From a virus: a stretch of 49,363 nt of DNA. The position numbers were made by a program, and so were the translations under genes. Shown piece by piece: positions 32,306 through 41,524 of the stretch; the first letter of the stretch is position 1; every line of letters begins with the position of its first letter. Below the pieces are notes generated by a model. That model was not told the DNA's origin. It saw only the letters and a program-made list of their open reading frames with translations, and searched no databases. The stretch is taken from IMG/VR virus record IMGVR_UViG_3300037465_000531, one strand, 5' to 3'.

Positions 32306-33781
32306 ATGATCCCGGGAGGATTCTCTTCTCTTCGCCCGGCTCAGGAAACCATGTCCGGGCTCATCGAACACGCGTGCCGCAGCGGAGACTCGGTCACCCA
32401 GTGCCACTGCGCCCCGACCGGCACGGGAAAGACTCTGGCCTACATCACAGGTTGTTGTCGTTCTGGCTCCCGCACGGCGGTTCTGACCCAGACAAAGTCT
32501 CTGCAGAACCAGATCCTGAGGGACTTTCGGGCCGAGGTGATGGATGTTCGCGGCGCGTCGAATTTCCCCTGCTCCCGATGGGGAACGTGCGAGCGCGGCA
32601 GGATCCGCGGCTGCTCAGGGGTTTCGTGCCCCTATTTGGCGCAGTTCGAGGACGCAAAGCTTTACAAGATCATCGTAACCAATTACGCCATGTGGGCCTC
32701 CATGGTGCTCGGCAACGCACCGGCAGGCTCGTTCAGCGCCGTGGTCTGCGACGAGGCGCACATGCTCGACAGCGCTTTGGATTCGGCGTTCAGCGTCCGT
32801 GTGACAAATGACGAGTCCCGGCTGCTGCGGCTGCCTTCAGGGCCGGATCTGCTGACTCCGTCCGAGCTGCAGTCCAGCCTCTCGCTGCTCGAAACGCTGA
32901 AGCCGAAAACCGACGAAGACGCCCTTCGATTGGAGCGCAACAAAAGGGTGTGGGGCGCATTGCTAGGCATGCGGAATCCGCCGCAGATCGTTCTCCGCCG
33001 GGAGGGTGAGTACAACGTGATGTCGACCCTCTGGCCAGCGCCATGGTTCCGCTACGCCGTTCGGAAGCAGACCAAGGCCGTCATCCTGACCTCGGCCACC
33101 ATCAGCGAGGTCGAGCTGACGCGTCTGTTCGGGCTCCAGAGGACAGAGTTCGAAAGCTACGATTACCCGTGCCCGTTTGATCCTCGCAAAGGGCCTGTCT
33201 GCCTGCTGCCGAGGGGAAAGATGAACCACGCGGCCAAGGAAGACGTGATCTCGCGCGTGTTCAAGACGGCGCTGGACATCGCCAAGTCAAGGCCCGGAAC
33301 CCGCGGCATCGTCCACACCGTCAGCCATGCCCGGGCGCAGAAGCTGATCGAATACGCCGCGCTGAACCAGCCAGATGTTTCTCACCGCCTTACAAGCAGC
33401 ATCGAAGCCTATCTCAGTTCTCCCGACGCCGTGCTGGTCAGCGCCAGCGTCGGAACCGGGCACGACTTCCCGGACGATCTCTGCCGCTGGCAGGTGGTCG
33501 TCAAGGCACCGTACCCGAATCTCGGCGACCCTGTCGTCAAGCTGCGCTCGGAGTCCGACCCGGGCTACATGCAGATGGTCATGCTCGCCAACCTGACACA
33601 GATTTGCGGGCGCAACGTCAGGCACGAGGACGATTACGGAGAAACGTTCGTCCTCGACACCAACGCCTGCGATGCGCTCTCGTCCAGCGGCACCGGACTC
33701 GTCCCGGACTGGCTGCAGGCAAGGGTGCGGCGGATATCCTCCGTACCCAGACAGAAACCACACAACAACACCAAGGAGTGA
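32306..33781 (+). CDS. XPD/DinG/Rad3-like SF2 helicase with Fe-S cluster Cys set
   Basis: CAPTGTGKTLAY (I), four Cys in FPCSRWGTCERGRIRGCSGVSCPY, VVCDEAHML (DEAH), ILTSATI (III), TQICGRNVRHEDD (VI). Confidence 0.85.
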   Translation: MIPGGFSSLRPAQETMSGLIEHACRSGDSVTQCHCAPTGTGKTLAYITGCCRSGSRTAVLTQTKSLQNQILRDFRAEVMDVRGASNFPCSRWGTCERGRIRGCSGVSCPYLAQFEDAKLYKIIVTNYAMWASMVLGNAPAGSFSAVVCDEAHMLDSALDSAFSVRVTNDESRLLRLPSGPDLLTPSELQSSLSLLETLKPKTDEDALRLERNKRVWGALLGMRNPPQIVLRREGEYNVMSTLWPAPWFRYAVRKQTKAVILTSATISEVELTRLFGLQRTEFESYDYPCPFDPRKGPVCLLPRGKMNHAAKEDVISRVFKTALDIAKSRPGTRGIVHTVSHARAQKLIEYAALNQPDVSHRLTSSIEAYLSSPDAVLVSASVGTGHDFPDDLCRWQVVVKAPYPNLGDPVVKLRSESDPGYMQMVMLANLTQICGRNVRHEDDYGETFVLDTNACDALSSSGTGLVPDWLQARVRRISSVPRQKPHNNTKE

Positions 33782-33784
33782 GCC

Positions 33785-34573
33785 ATGAGCATCAGTCTCA
33801 ACCCCAAGACGTTCGTTTCCGGCGGACTTCTCAACGATGTCGATGTCGAGATCGTAGAAGCCCGCTATGCGTTGTTCGACTATCAGGGCACCGTGGACGC
33901 GGCCAACATGAGAACCGCGCTGCGGCTGCAGATGAGGACCCTCGACGGGTCGCAGGAAGCCACCGAGCACCTTACGCTCGGGGCTACCGGCGACTTCGTC
34001 CCCAACGACAGCGACGGCGGGCTCACGCTGCGCCCGCTGTCCGGGAAAACCTCCCTGACCAAGCGGTCGAAACTGTACTTCTTCCTCCAGTCTCTGACCG
34101 ACGCGGGAGCGGACATGAGCCGCCTCGACAACGGGCGTGCGGACGAGCTGGAGGGTCTGAAGTTCCATTTCGTCCGCAAACCGATGCCGGACATGGGCGG
34201 GCTGGAGGTCACCCGGCGGGGCAAGAACCCGGACCAAGCCATCGAGTACATCCACGTCACCAAGCTGATCGAGTGGCCCGCCAAGAAGGCCGCGCCCTCC
34301 GCTCAGGCACCGGCAGCCGCATCCGGAGGGCCGTCGCCCGAGGCCGAGGCCGCCGCGACCGAGATCCTGATGGAGCTGGCCAAGCCCGGCATGACGCTCC
34401 AGCGGCTCGGCATGGAGGCCATGAAGCGCAGCGCCAAGCTCGACGTCAAGCTCCGCAACCAGATCAGCCGCCTGCTGGTCAACGAGCAGTGGCTGTCGAA
34501 TCAGGGGGTCGTCGTCGAGAACAAGCAACTGGTGCTTGTTCCGTGGGCGGCGGAGGACGAGGTGCCGTTCTAG
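33785..34573 (+). CDS. SSB-like protein candidate (acidic aromatic C-terminal tip)
   Basis: Ends ...VPWAAEDEVPF, like the acidic ...DDDIPF / ...DDF tips of known SSBs. Position is next to the recombination genes. Confidence 0.4.
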   Translation: MSISLNPKTFVSGGLLNDVDVEIVEARYALFDYQGTVDAANMRTALRLQMRTLDGSQEATEHLTLGATGDFVPNDSDGGLTLRPLSGKTSLTKRSKLYFFLQSLTDAGADMSRLDNGRADELEGLKFHFVRKPMPDMGGLEVTRRGKNPDQAIEYIHVTKLIEWPAKKAAPSAQAPAAASGGPSPEAEAAATEILMELAKPGMTLQRLGMEAMKRSAKLDVKLRNQISRLLVNEQWLSNQGVVVENKQLVLVPWAAEDEVPF

Positions 34574-34584
34574 GGTACGCCGCA

Positions 34585-35121
34585 ATGCGCTGCTCCCACC
34601 TCGGACAAGCCGACCTCAAGCTGCCCGCCGGAAACCGGTCCTCCGGCATCCACCTCAGCGGCATCATCCGGCGCATCATGGCCGACATGGGCCGCAAGTG
34701 GGCGGAGGAGGACGAGCCCGGGCACGACGGCATCTGCCGCATGGCCATGGGACTGGCTTGGGAGGAATGGTACGGCCCCCTGACTTTCGGGGACAACTAC
34801 CACCCGGGCGAGTTCGAGTTCGACGGCGTCCTGTTCACCCCGGACGCCGTCGACTGGGAGCGGCGCACGGTTTACGAGATCAAGACCACCAGCAAACGGA
34901 GCTCCTGTCCCGCCGACGCGCTCCACTGGCTGCTGCAGATCAAAGGCGAGCTGTGGGCCATCGGCGGGGGCGAGTGGAGCCGCGGAGAGTTCCACGTCCT
35001 GCATCTGTCTCCGCCGCAGAGGGTCGACGTCTGGGGGCTGTCCTTCGATGCGGACGACCTGAGAAGGACGTGGGAGATGATCGTCAGCTACAAATCCAAA
35101 GCTAAGCCGGAGGTTTGGTAA
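34585..35121 (+). CDS. PD-(D/E)XK nuclease candidate
   Basis: FTPDAVDWERRTVYEIKTTS fits D-x(n)-E-x-K. Confidence 0.5.
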   Translation: MRCSHLGQADLKLPAGNRSSGIHLSGIIRRIMADMGRKWAEEDEPGHDGICRMAMGLAWEEWYGPLTFGDNYHPGEFEFDGVLFTPDAVDWERRTVYEIKTTSKRSSCPADALHWLLQIKGELWAIGGGEWSRGEFHVLHLSPPQRVDVWGLSFDADDLRRTWEMIVSYKSKAKPEVW

Positions 35122-35891
35122 TGAGCCTGTTCAAGAAGATTTCCAATGACGTCACGCCGTCGCTGAGCGTGTGCTCCAGCGGAAAGGAGAAGCGCGGCAA
35201 AACATTCTGGGCGATGTCTGCGCCGGGCCCGATTGCCGTCATCGCATCCGATCCGGGCACCGAGAGCGCCGTGAGGCAGTGGCAGAAGGCGGGCAAGGAC
35301 ATCGCCTGCTTCTTCCACGTCCTGCCCGGGACCGGCCAGAAGATCGAGGTTTACGAAGCTGCGTGGGCCAAGGTCGCCGCTGCGTTCGACGAGGCGGTCA
35401 ACTCGGCGGCGATCCGCACCATCGTCATCGACACAGCCACCGAGATCTGGGAGCTGCTGCGGCTGGCGCGGTTCGGTCGGCTGACTCAGGTCATGCCCCA
35501 CCACTACGGGCCCGTCAACGCCGAGTTCCGCTCGCTGTTCCACCGCGTCGCCGGGCGCGGCAAAAACAGCATCTGGATCCACAAGGTCAAGAAGGAGTAC
35601 GCCACCAACAAGGAGGGCAAGGACTCTTGGACCGGCAAGTGGGAGCGCAACGGCTTCGGGGGTTTCGAGTACCTCGTCGATCTGGTCGTCGAGCACGACT
35701 TGATCGTGTCCGAATCCGGTCCGCCGGAGTTCTCCGTGCGGGTCGTCGACAGTCGCTACCACCCGACACGGGTCACCGGCGAGGTGTTCACCGGCGCGAT
35801 GTGCTCGTTCCCGGCGCTGGCTTCCACGATCATGCCGGACTACGACTTCTCGGCGTGGGATGACGGCGTGGCGTCGCCCGTGGCGGATTAG
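35121..35891 (+). CDS. Sak4/RecA-like P-loop ATPase
   Basis: GGAGG upstream. Walker A SSGKEKRGKTFW, Walker B-like RTIVIDTATEIWELL, NSIWIHKVKKEY. Confidence 0.6.
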   Translation: MSLFKKISNDVTPSLSVCSSGKEKRGKTFWAMSAPGPIAVIASDPGTESAVRQWQKAGKDIACFFHVLPGTGQKIEVYEAAWAKVAAAFDEAVNSAAIRTIVIDTATEIWELLRLARFGRLTQVMPHHYGPVNAEFRSLFHRVAGRGKNSIWIHKVKKEYATNKEGKDSWTGKWERNGFGGFEYLVDLVVEHDLIVSESGPPEFSVRVVDSRYHPTRVTGEVFTGAMCSFPALASTIMPDYDFSAWDDGVASPVAD

Positions 35892-35901
35892 GGAGGCTGT
35901 G

Positions 35902-36246
35902 ATGAGGCTCTACTGCATCAGGAAAACCGAAATCCTAGAGGTCTGGTGCGACGACGACTACAGGATCCAGTGCATCGGGCGGATCGTCGTCGACAACCCC
36001 GGCAGCCCGCTGGCCGTGTCCTCTCTGCTGGACCAGATGGAGCAGATAATCGGAGAGATCAGCTACCAGTATCTGGAGGAAGGCCCGGACGACCCGCTGC
36101 CGGTGGACAAGGACGCCGTGGAGAAAGCCGTGGAGAAGCTTCGGCTGGCTCACAGCGAACTGTCGGCGGTGTGCCGTCAGACAGAGGATGCACTGGCAGC
36201 CGTGGAGGAGGTCATGGACCTGCTGCCGGTCGTGGAAGGCGAATGA
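35902..36246 (+). CDS. Hypothetical acidic protein
   Basis: GGGAGG upstream of ATG 35902. Confidence 0.65.
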   Translation: MRLYCIRKTEILEVWCDDDYRIQCIGRIVVDNPGSPLAVSSLLDQMEQIIGEISYQYLEEGPDDPLPVDKDAVEKAVEKLRLAHSELSAVCRQTEDALAAVEEVMDLLPVVEGE

Positions 36247-36250
36247 ACCG

Positions 36251-36994
36251 ATGCTGCTGGTGGACAGCCGCGAGGGCAGCCGAGACCTGTCCATCCCTCT
36301 CCGTTCGGAGGGCCTTGAAGCCGAGCTCGCCGAGCTGGAGTACGCCGACGTCTGCTGGATGGGGCAAGGGCCCGGGGGTCTGATCCCTGTCGGCGTCGAG
36401 CTGAAAACCGTGCGCGACCTGCTGTCCTCCATGCGCAGCGGGCGTCTGGCCGGTCGGCAGATCCCGGGGATGCTGGCCTCCTACGACTACAGCTACCTTC
36501 TCGTCGAGGGAGTCTTCCGTCCGAACCCGCAGACGGGCGTTCTTGAGGAGCCGCGGCGCGGCGGCTGGCAGGAACTGCGGCTGGGAGCCAGCCGGTTCTA
36601 CTACGACGACGTCGAGCTGTTTCTGACGTCGCTGGACACGCTAACGCCGCTCCGCGTCCGCCGCACGCGCTCCCGCACGGAGACCATCCGCGCCATCCTG
36701 CTGCTGTACCGCTGGTGGCAAAAGCCGTGGGAAGACCATGGCAGCCTGAAGGTGCTCTACGGAGGCCCGCCGCCAAGCCCGCTGCCGGTCGAGCACAGCC
36801 TGCTGAGGAAGTTCGCCGTGCAGCTGCCCGGCGTCGGCTGGGAGCGCAGCGCGGCGGTGGAGAGGTCCTTTTCCTCGGTGGCCGAAGCCGTGTCTGCAAA
36901 TGAGAGTCGCTGGCGTCAGATCGACGGAATAGGCAAGGTTTTGTCAAGGAGAATCGTCAATGCAATTCATAATCGAACCTCAACCAATCCCTGA
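36251..36994 (+). CDS. ERCC4 (XPF/Mus81)-type nuclease with C-terminal helix-hairpin-helix motifs
   Basis: LLVDSREGS ... YADVCW ... VGVELKTVRDLLSS (ERKxxxD-like). LPGVGWERSAAV and IDGIGKVLSRRI (HhH). Confidence 0.65.
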   Translation: MLLVDSREGSRDLSIPLRSEGLEAELAELEYADVCWMGQGPGGLIPVGVELKTVRDLLSSMRSGRLAGRQIPGMLASYDYSYLLVEGVFRPNPQTGVLEEPRRGGWQELRLGASRFYYDDVELFLTSLDTLTPLRVRRTRSRTETIRAILLLYRWWQKPWEDHGSLKVLYGGPPPSPLPVEHSLLRKFAVQLPGVGWERSAAVERSFSSVAEAVSANESRWRQIDGIGKVLSRRIVNAIHNRTSTNP

Positions 36995-37400
36995 CGGAGA
37001 AGCGGATGCTCTGCTGGTCGGACTGTCCGACAAGGAACACGGTCGGTCGCTGTACGCTGTCGTCATTCGCGGGGCAGGATACGATGGCGAGGATGTGGCC
37101 GTGGCCGCCATGTCCCTGTCAGCCGACGACGATGAGCATGTATCTGCACGCTCTCTGGCCCACAACATCGTAGCCTGCCTTCGGATGGCTGACGAATCCT
37201 CTGACTGGAAGGACGAAGCGTTCCGCTTTCTGTGCAGGCACTCCCTGCTGCGTCTGGACTCCTGCCTCAGGAGCTCCGTGCCGGAGGCCGGAATGCTGGC
37301 GATGATGGTGACCCCGGAAGACAGCTACTTTTTCGAGGACGCCACCGATATGATCATCCGGTTCTGCCTCGGCAAGCTGGCGGAGGAGACCGGGACGTGA
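36960..37400 (+). CDS. Hypothetical protein
   Basis: ORF track; 35-nt overlap upstream, GTGA junction downstream. Confidence 0.55.
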   Translation: MQFIIEPQPIPDGEADALLVGLSDKEHGRSLYAVVIRGAGYDGEDVAVAAMSLSADDDEHVSARSLAHNIVACLRMADESSDWKDEAFRFLCRHSLLRLDSCLRSSVPEAGMLAMMVTPEDSYFFEDATDMIIRFCLGKLAEETGT

Positions 37401-38932
37401 CCAGCCGGGAATGCCCCTGTTACAAGCAGGGCTTGTGCCCGGCCAATGCGAACGTGGTTCCGTTCCACGGACCGGAGACCGCGCGGCTGGTGGTGGTCGG
37501 CGAAGCGCCGGGCGCGACCGAAAACGCGAAAGGGATCCCCTTCTGCGGCGACAGCGGGCGGGAGCTGGACCAGTTGTACCTGCCCGCCGCTGGCATGGCG
37601 CGGCAGGATGTGTATGTGGCCAACGCCATCCGGTGCCTGCCGGACAAGAGCCCTCCGCCGCTTGAGCTGGTCCGGCACTGCTCGCAAAACTTCCTCTTGC
37701 CTTACATCCGCGAGCGGAAGTCGAAGGCCGTGTTCATGGCGCTGGGAAAGACCGCCGAGGGAGTCCTGCGGCAGATGCTGTACCCGGCGGACGCGGTCCT
37801 GTCCCAGACGCCCGGCGCGGTGCGCCGGTTTCCCAAGGGCTGGACCATCGCTGCCCCGCACCCGGCGGCGGCGATGCGCGACGAGAGCCGCACCGGACAG
37901 ATCATGGACCAGATCCTGTTGGCGTTCCGCCAAGCCGGGCGTCTCCTGCACGGCCTGAGGACGCGGCGAAAAGCCCCGGACGAGATTGTCCACTCGGGCT
38001 TGGCGTCCTGCTGGGACGATCTGGTCCTCGGTCTGTCCGAACCGGACGCAGTGTCTCTGGACACGGAGACCGTGGGCGTATCCGGTCCGCTGCTGTGCCT
38101 GTCGTTCGCCTGCCGCAGGGAACGGGGCCTGCTGCACAGCCTGACGATCTACGCAAACAGGATTCGGGACTGGGAAGAGGCAATCGGGTGGCTGTGCAAG
38201 CGAAAGGTGATCATGCACCACGCGCTCTACGACATCGAGGCCGTCGCGGTCGCTGCGGGCTGGGATCTGGCCCGCCGGTTGCTGGGCGTCGTCGAGGACA
38301 CCATGCTGCTGGCATACGAGGTCCGGGGCCTGCCGCTGGGCCTGAAAGCTCTGGCCGACCTGCTGGCGGGAATGCCGATGAAGAGCTTCGAATCGGCCAT
38401 GGAGGGCCCGTTCACCCGCGCCATGCAGAGGCATATGGAAACCGTTCGGAAGTGGCTGGAGTCCCGGCACGAGCCGGAGGCGCGGGTGTCGGGCTGCCTG
38501 TTCGAAGATGCATGCGGAATCCCGGAGCGGCTGCTGATGCGGGCGGGCGAGACGCTGTCCGACTACCAGAGCCGTCTGCGGTCTCTGGCCGACGAGGATC
38601 TGGCTCCTCTGGCAGGACGGGCCGTCTCATCCCGGCAAGGCAAGGCCGGGGCCAAGGAAGCGGCCATTCTGGTGCGGGAAGTGAATCGCCGCTTCTCTTG
38701 GCTGGAAGCCCTGTCCGTGTTGGGACGCGCCGAGCGGCTGCTGGACGGCACGATGGAGGGACTCGATGACTTTCTCTCTAAGGCGAGGGAATGCGGCCTG
38801 CTGCAGCCGCTCCTGCCGGAGAAGTTCTACGAGCTGATCACGGTTGCCTCGGAGAAAGAGGTGGCGAAGTACGCAAACGAGGACGCCGTCGCCACTCTGC
38901 TTGTGTGGGAGGAACTCAGGAAGCTGAAATGA
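37397..38932 (+). CDS. Family-4 uracil-DNA-glycosylase-like domain fused to DnaQ-type 3'-5' exonuclease (N-terminal part of a split Pol I)
   Basis: GEAPGATENAKGIPFCGDSGRELD, ANAIRCLP, VRHCSQNF, APHPAAAMR (UDG4). SLDTETVG (Exo I), HHALYDIEAV (Exo II), YANEDAVATL (Exo III). GTG 37397 overlaps the upstream TGA. Confidence 0.85.
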   Translation: MTSRECPCYKQGLCPANANVVPFHGPETARLVVVGEAPGATENAKGIPFCGDSGRELDQLYLPAAGMARQDVYVANAIRCLPDKSPPPLELVRHCSQNFLLPYIRERKSKAVFMALGKTAEGVLRQMLYPADAVLSQTPGAVRRFPKGWTIAAPHPAAAMRDESRTGQIMDQILLAFRQAGRLLHGLRTRRKAPDEIVHSGLASCWDDLVLGLSEPDAVSLDTETVGVSGPLLCLSFACRRERGLLHSLTIYANRIRDWEEAIGWLCKRKVIMHHALYDIEAVAVAAGWDLARRLLGVVEDTMLLAYEVRGLPLGLKALADLLAGMPMKSFESAMEGPFTRAMQRHMETVRKWLESRHEPEARVSGCLFEDACGIPERLLMRAGETLSDYQSRLRSLADEDLAPLAGRAVSSRQGKAGAKEAAILVREVNRRFSWLEALSVLGRAERLLDGTMEGLDDFLSKARECGLLQPLLPEKFYELITVASEKEVAKYANEDAVATLLVWEELRKLK

Positions 38933-39423
38933 AACCGAAGGTATTCCCAATCGACAAGTCACAATACGCTCTGTTGGCAGGACGATGCGGCGCAGCGGTG
39001 TTCGAGCTCCGGGACGACGGCGAGGTCTGGGCGTCCGGCATCCACGGCCCCATGGACGAGGAGATCGCCGAGGCGCTCGCTGTCGGAGCTGCCGGAGCCC
39101 GGACGCTGGCGGAGGCGCTGGAGCGAAACCGGCTGTCGGACCCGCGTGCCGAGTGCTTCATCGAGCTGGGGCACCTGCTGTTCGCCGTCGGGGTGGTGCG
39201 CTGCCACTCCGATCTGGCCCGTCTGTGCGGTCTGAGCACGCAGAGGGTTTACCAGTTGATGAGCGACCCCACCAGCATGCCGTCGAAGGCCGCGATGGAC
39301 CGGCTGCGGGAGTCTCTGGCCGGACTGAAGATCCCGTGCAGGAAGGCGATGGCCGAGCTGGCAGATTGCATCGCCAGCCGGGCGCGGTCGAAGCTGGGGT
39401 CTCTGTACGAGCGCGGGAGCTGA
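38929..39423 (+). CDS. HTH-containing protein inserted between the exonuclease and polymerase genes
   Basis: ATGA overlap. LARLCGLSTQRVYQLMSDP. Confidence 0.6.
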   Translation: MKPKVFPIDKSQYALLAGRCGAAVFELRDDGEVWASGIHGPMDEEIAEALAVGAAGARTLAEALERNRLSDPRAECFIELGHLLFAVGVVRCHSDLARLCGLSTQRVYQLMSDPTSMPSKAAMDRLRESLAGLKIPCRKAMAELADCIASRARSKLGSLYERGS

Positions 39424-39426
39424 GCA

Positions 39427-40836
39427 ATGGATCGGTTTCCGTTCGACTCGGATCAGGAACTGTGGGGCGGCGTGCGCTTCCTCGACGAGCCTGACCCGTG
39501 GAACGTTTACCTGCTGGACCGCAACGCGCTGCCGATGATCGCCGAATACCGTCGCAACGGCATTCTGCTGGACGCCGGGTGGCTGCGGCGGATGGAAGAG
39601 GAGATCAGCGCCGAGCTGGAGGGCATCGAGCGCCGCTTGCGTGACATCGCCGGAGCGGATTTCAACCCGGGCAGCGGGCCGCAAGTGCGGGAGCTGCTGT
39701 TCGAGAAGCTGAAGTTGCGCCGGGGCAGGCAGACTGCTTCCGGTGAAGATTCGACCGACAGCGAGACGCTGAAATCGCTGGCCGGTGAGCACGAGGCGGT
39801 GCGCCTGCTGCTGGAATGGCGAGCGCTGTCGAAGCTGATGGGAACCTACATCCGCTCGCTGCCGCAGATGGCGGGCCCCGATGGACGGGTGCGGACACGG
39901 TATCTGTACACGTCGACCGAGACCGGGCGCTTGTCCAGCGAGAAGCCGAACCTGCAGAACATCCCGGCGAGAACGAAGCTGGGACTCCGGGTGCGGGGAG
40001 CTTTCATCGCAGGCGACGGCATGACTCTGGTGGGCTGCGACCTGAGCCAGATCGAGGTTGTCTGGGCCGCGCATCTGAGCGCGGACGAGCGGCTGCTGGA
40101 GGCCATCGAACGAGGCGAGGACACCCACACGCTGACGGCGCTTGCGGCGTTCGACGTCCGGGATCCGGAGCGGTCGCGCATCCTCGGTTTGAGCCGGAAG
40201 GCGAAGGCGGAAGACGCCGGGCAGAAGGTGGAGTGGACCAATGAAGAGCGCAAGCTGTGGAAGTCGTTCAAGCAGGACAAGCGCCTGCCAGCGAAGACGG
40301 TTACCTTCGGCATCCTGTACGGGCAGACGGCGCAGGGAGCGCAGGCCAACATCCGGGCGCAGGGCGGGCCGGAGATGAGCGAGAGGCAGTGCCAGCAGTT
40401 GATCGACCGCTTCTTCGACTCCTACCCCGGCGTGGCCCGCTGGATGCGGCTGCAGCGGGACCGGGCTCTGGAAACCGGTAAGGTGTGGGACGCATTCGGG
40501 CGCGTGCGGCGGGTGACCGGCGCTCTCAGCACGCTGAAGCGGATCCGGGCGAAGGCGCTGAGGGAAGCGGGCAACATGCCTATCCAGTCGAGCGCTCAGG
40601 GGATGATCAAGCTGTGCATGGCCGAGTCGATGGACATGGTCAACCGGCTGCGGGAGGCCGGGATGCGTATTCTGCCGCTGCTGCAGATCCACGATGAGCT
40701 GATCTTCGAGGTCGAGGAGCGGGAGGCGGAAGAGTTCGGGCAGTTGCTGCGGGAGATATTCCGCAACTGCTGCCGATTGCGGGTGGCTCATGATGCGAGC
40801 TGCTCGTCGGGCAAACGATGGAACGAACTGAAATGA
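39427..40836 (+). CDS. Family-A DNA polymerase, polymerase domain only
   Basis: KPNLQNIP, DLSQIEVVWAAHLS (motif A), RLPAKTVTFGILYGQ (motif B), LLQIHDELIFEV (motif C). Confidence 0.92.
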   Translation: MDRFPFDSDQELWGGVRFLDEPDPWNVYLLDRNALPMIAEYRRNGILLDAGWLRRMEEEISAELEGIERRLRDIAGADFNPGSGPQVRELLFEKLKLRRGRQTASGEDSTDSETLKSLAGEHEAVRLLLEWRALSKLMGTYIRSLPQMAGPDGRVRTRYLYTSTETGRLSSEKPNLQNIPARTKLGLRVRGAFIAGDGMTLVGCDLSQIEVVWAAHLSADERLLEAIERGEDTHTLTALAAFDVRDPERSRILGLSRKAKAEDAGQKVEWTNEERKLWKSFKQDKRLPAKTVTFGILYGQTAQGAQANIRAQGGPEMSERQCQQLIDRFFDSYPGVARWMRLQRDRALETGKVWDAFGRVRRVTGALSTLKRIRAKALREAGNMPIQSSAQGMIKLCMAESMDMVNRLREAGMRILPLLQIHDELIFEVEEREAEEFGQLLREIFRNCCRLRVAHDASCSSGKRWNELK

Positions 40837-40847
40837 GGACGAGGACA

Positions 40848-41177
40848 ATGGCAGACGACAAATACATCGCGATTGAGGAAAGCGGGCTCGGCGTAGAGTT
40901 CGTGGACGAGATGGAGCAGCTGGTTGTGCTCCGGGAGCAGATGTCCGAGCTGGAGAGCCGGGCGAAGTCGCTGAGGGAGTCGATCCAGTCCCGGATGCTG
41001 GACCGGGGCGTGGTCGCCGTGCGCGGCGCGGGCTACCGGGTGACGGTCGCGGTGAGAGAGCGCAAGGCGCTCAACGCCGACAAGCTGGTGGCGCTGGGCG
41101 TGTCGCCGGAGATCCTGCAGCAGGCTACGGATGTGAGCAGCTACACGGTGCTGGACGTGCGGAAGGAGCGGCAATGA
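40848..41177 (+). CDS. Hypothetical coiled-coil protein (ATG 40833 alternative)
   Basis: GAGGACGAGGACA-ATG. VVLREQMSELESRAKSLRESIQSRM. Confidence 0.65.
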   Translation: MADDKYIAIEESGLGVEFVDEMEQLVVLREQMSELESRAKSLRESIQSRMLDRGVVAVRGAGYRVTVAVRERKALNADKLVALGVSPEILQQATDVSSYTVLDVRKERQ

Positions 41178-41524
41178 GAGTCGTGATGATGAACCCTCGC
41201 CTGCGCTGCGGCATCAAGCGGCGGCACTCGACGGTGTTCGTGCTGGAGGAGTACGGGCACCAGATCGAGCTGATCTTCACCTCGATGCGGGCTCTGGAGC
41301 AGCTTGCGGATTCGGTTGACGAGTGTGCGGAGACGCTGATGGCCGCCGCTCCGGCTACGGAGTGGTGGAATCCGAGGGTGCCTGCGGACCGTCGTCGTCC
41401 GCCGGAGCATCTGGACCTGCTGCATGAGGAGAGCCTGCTGGAGACGCCGGAGTTTGTGCGCCGGAGAGCGGTTGCCGTACGCCGAGTCTCACCTCCAGCC
41501 AAGCCCCCGGCGGCAGGGGGATAG
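41174..41524 (+). CDS. Hypothetical protein
   Basis: ATGA overlap. Third-position GC stays high to about 41470; the tail overlaps the convergent gene. Confidence 0.6.
   Translation: MRVVMMNPRLRCGIKRRHSTVFVLEEYGHQIELIFTSMRALEQLADSVDECAETLMAAAPATEWWNPRVPADRRRPPEHLDLLHEESLLETPEFVRRRAVAVRRVSPPAKPPAAGG

Noticed and set aside
35121-35891. The Sak4-like P-loop protein as the missing PRD1-type packaging ATPase.
   Set aside because: It sits inside the recombination operon between two nucleases. Its motif order (Walker A, VIDTATE, late HKVKKE) fits RecA/Sak4-like annealases better. I kept it as a recombination protein, though structure comparison should test this.
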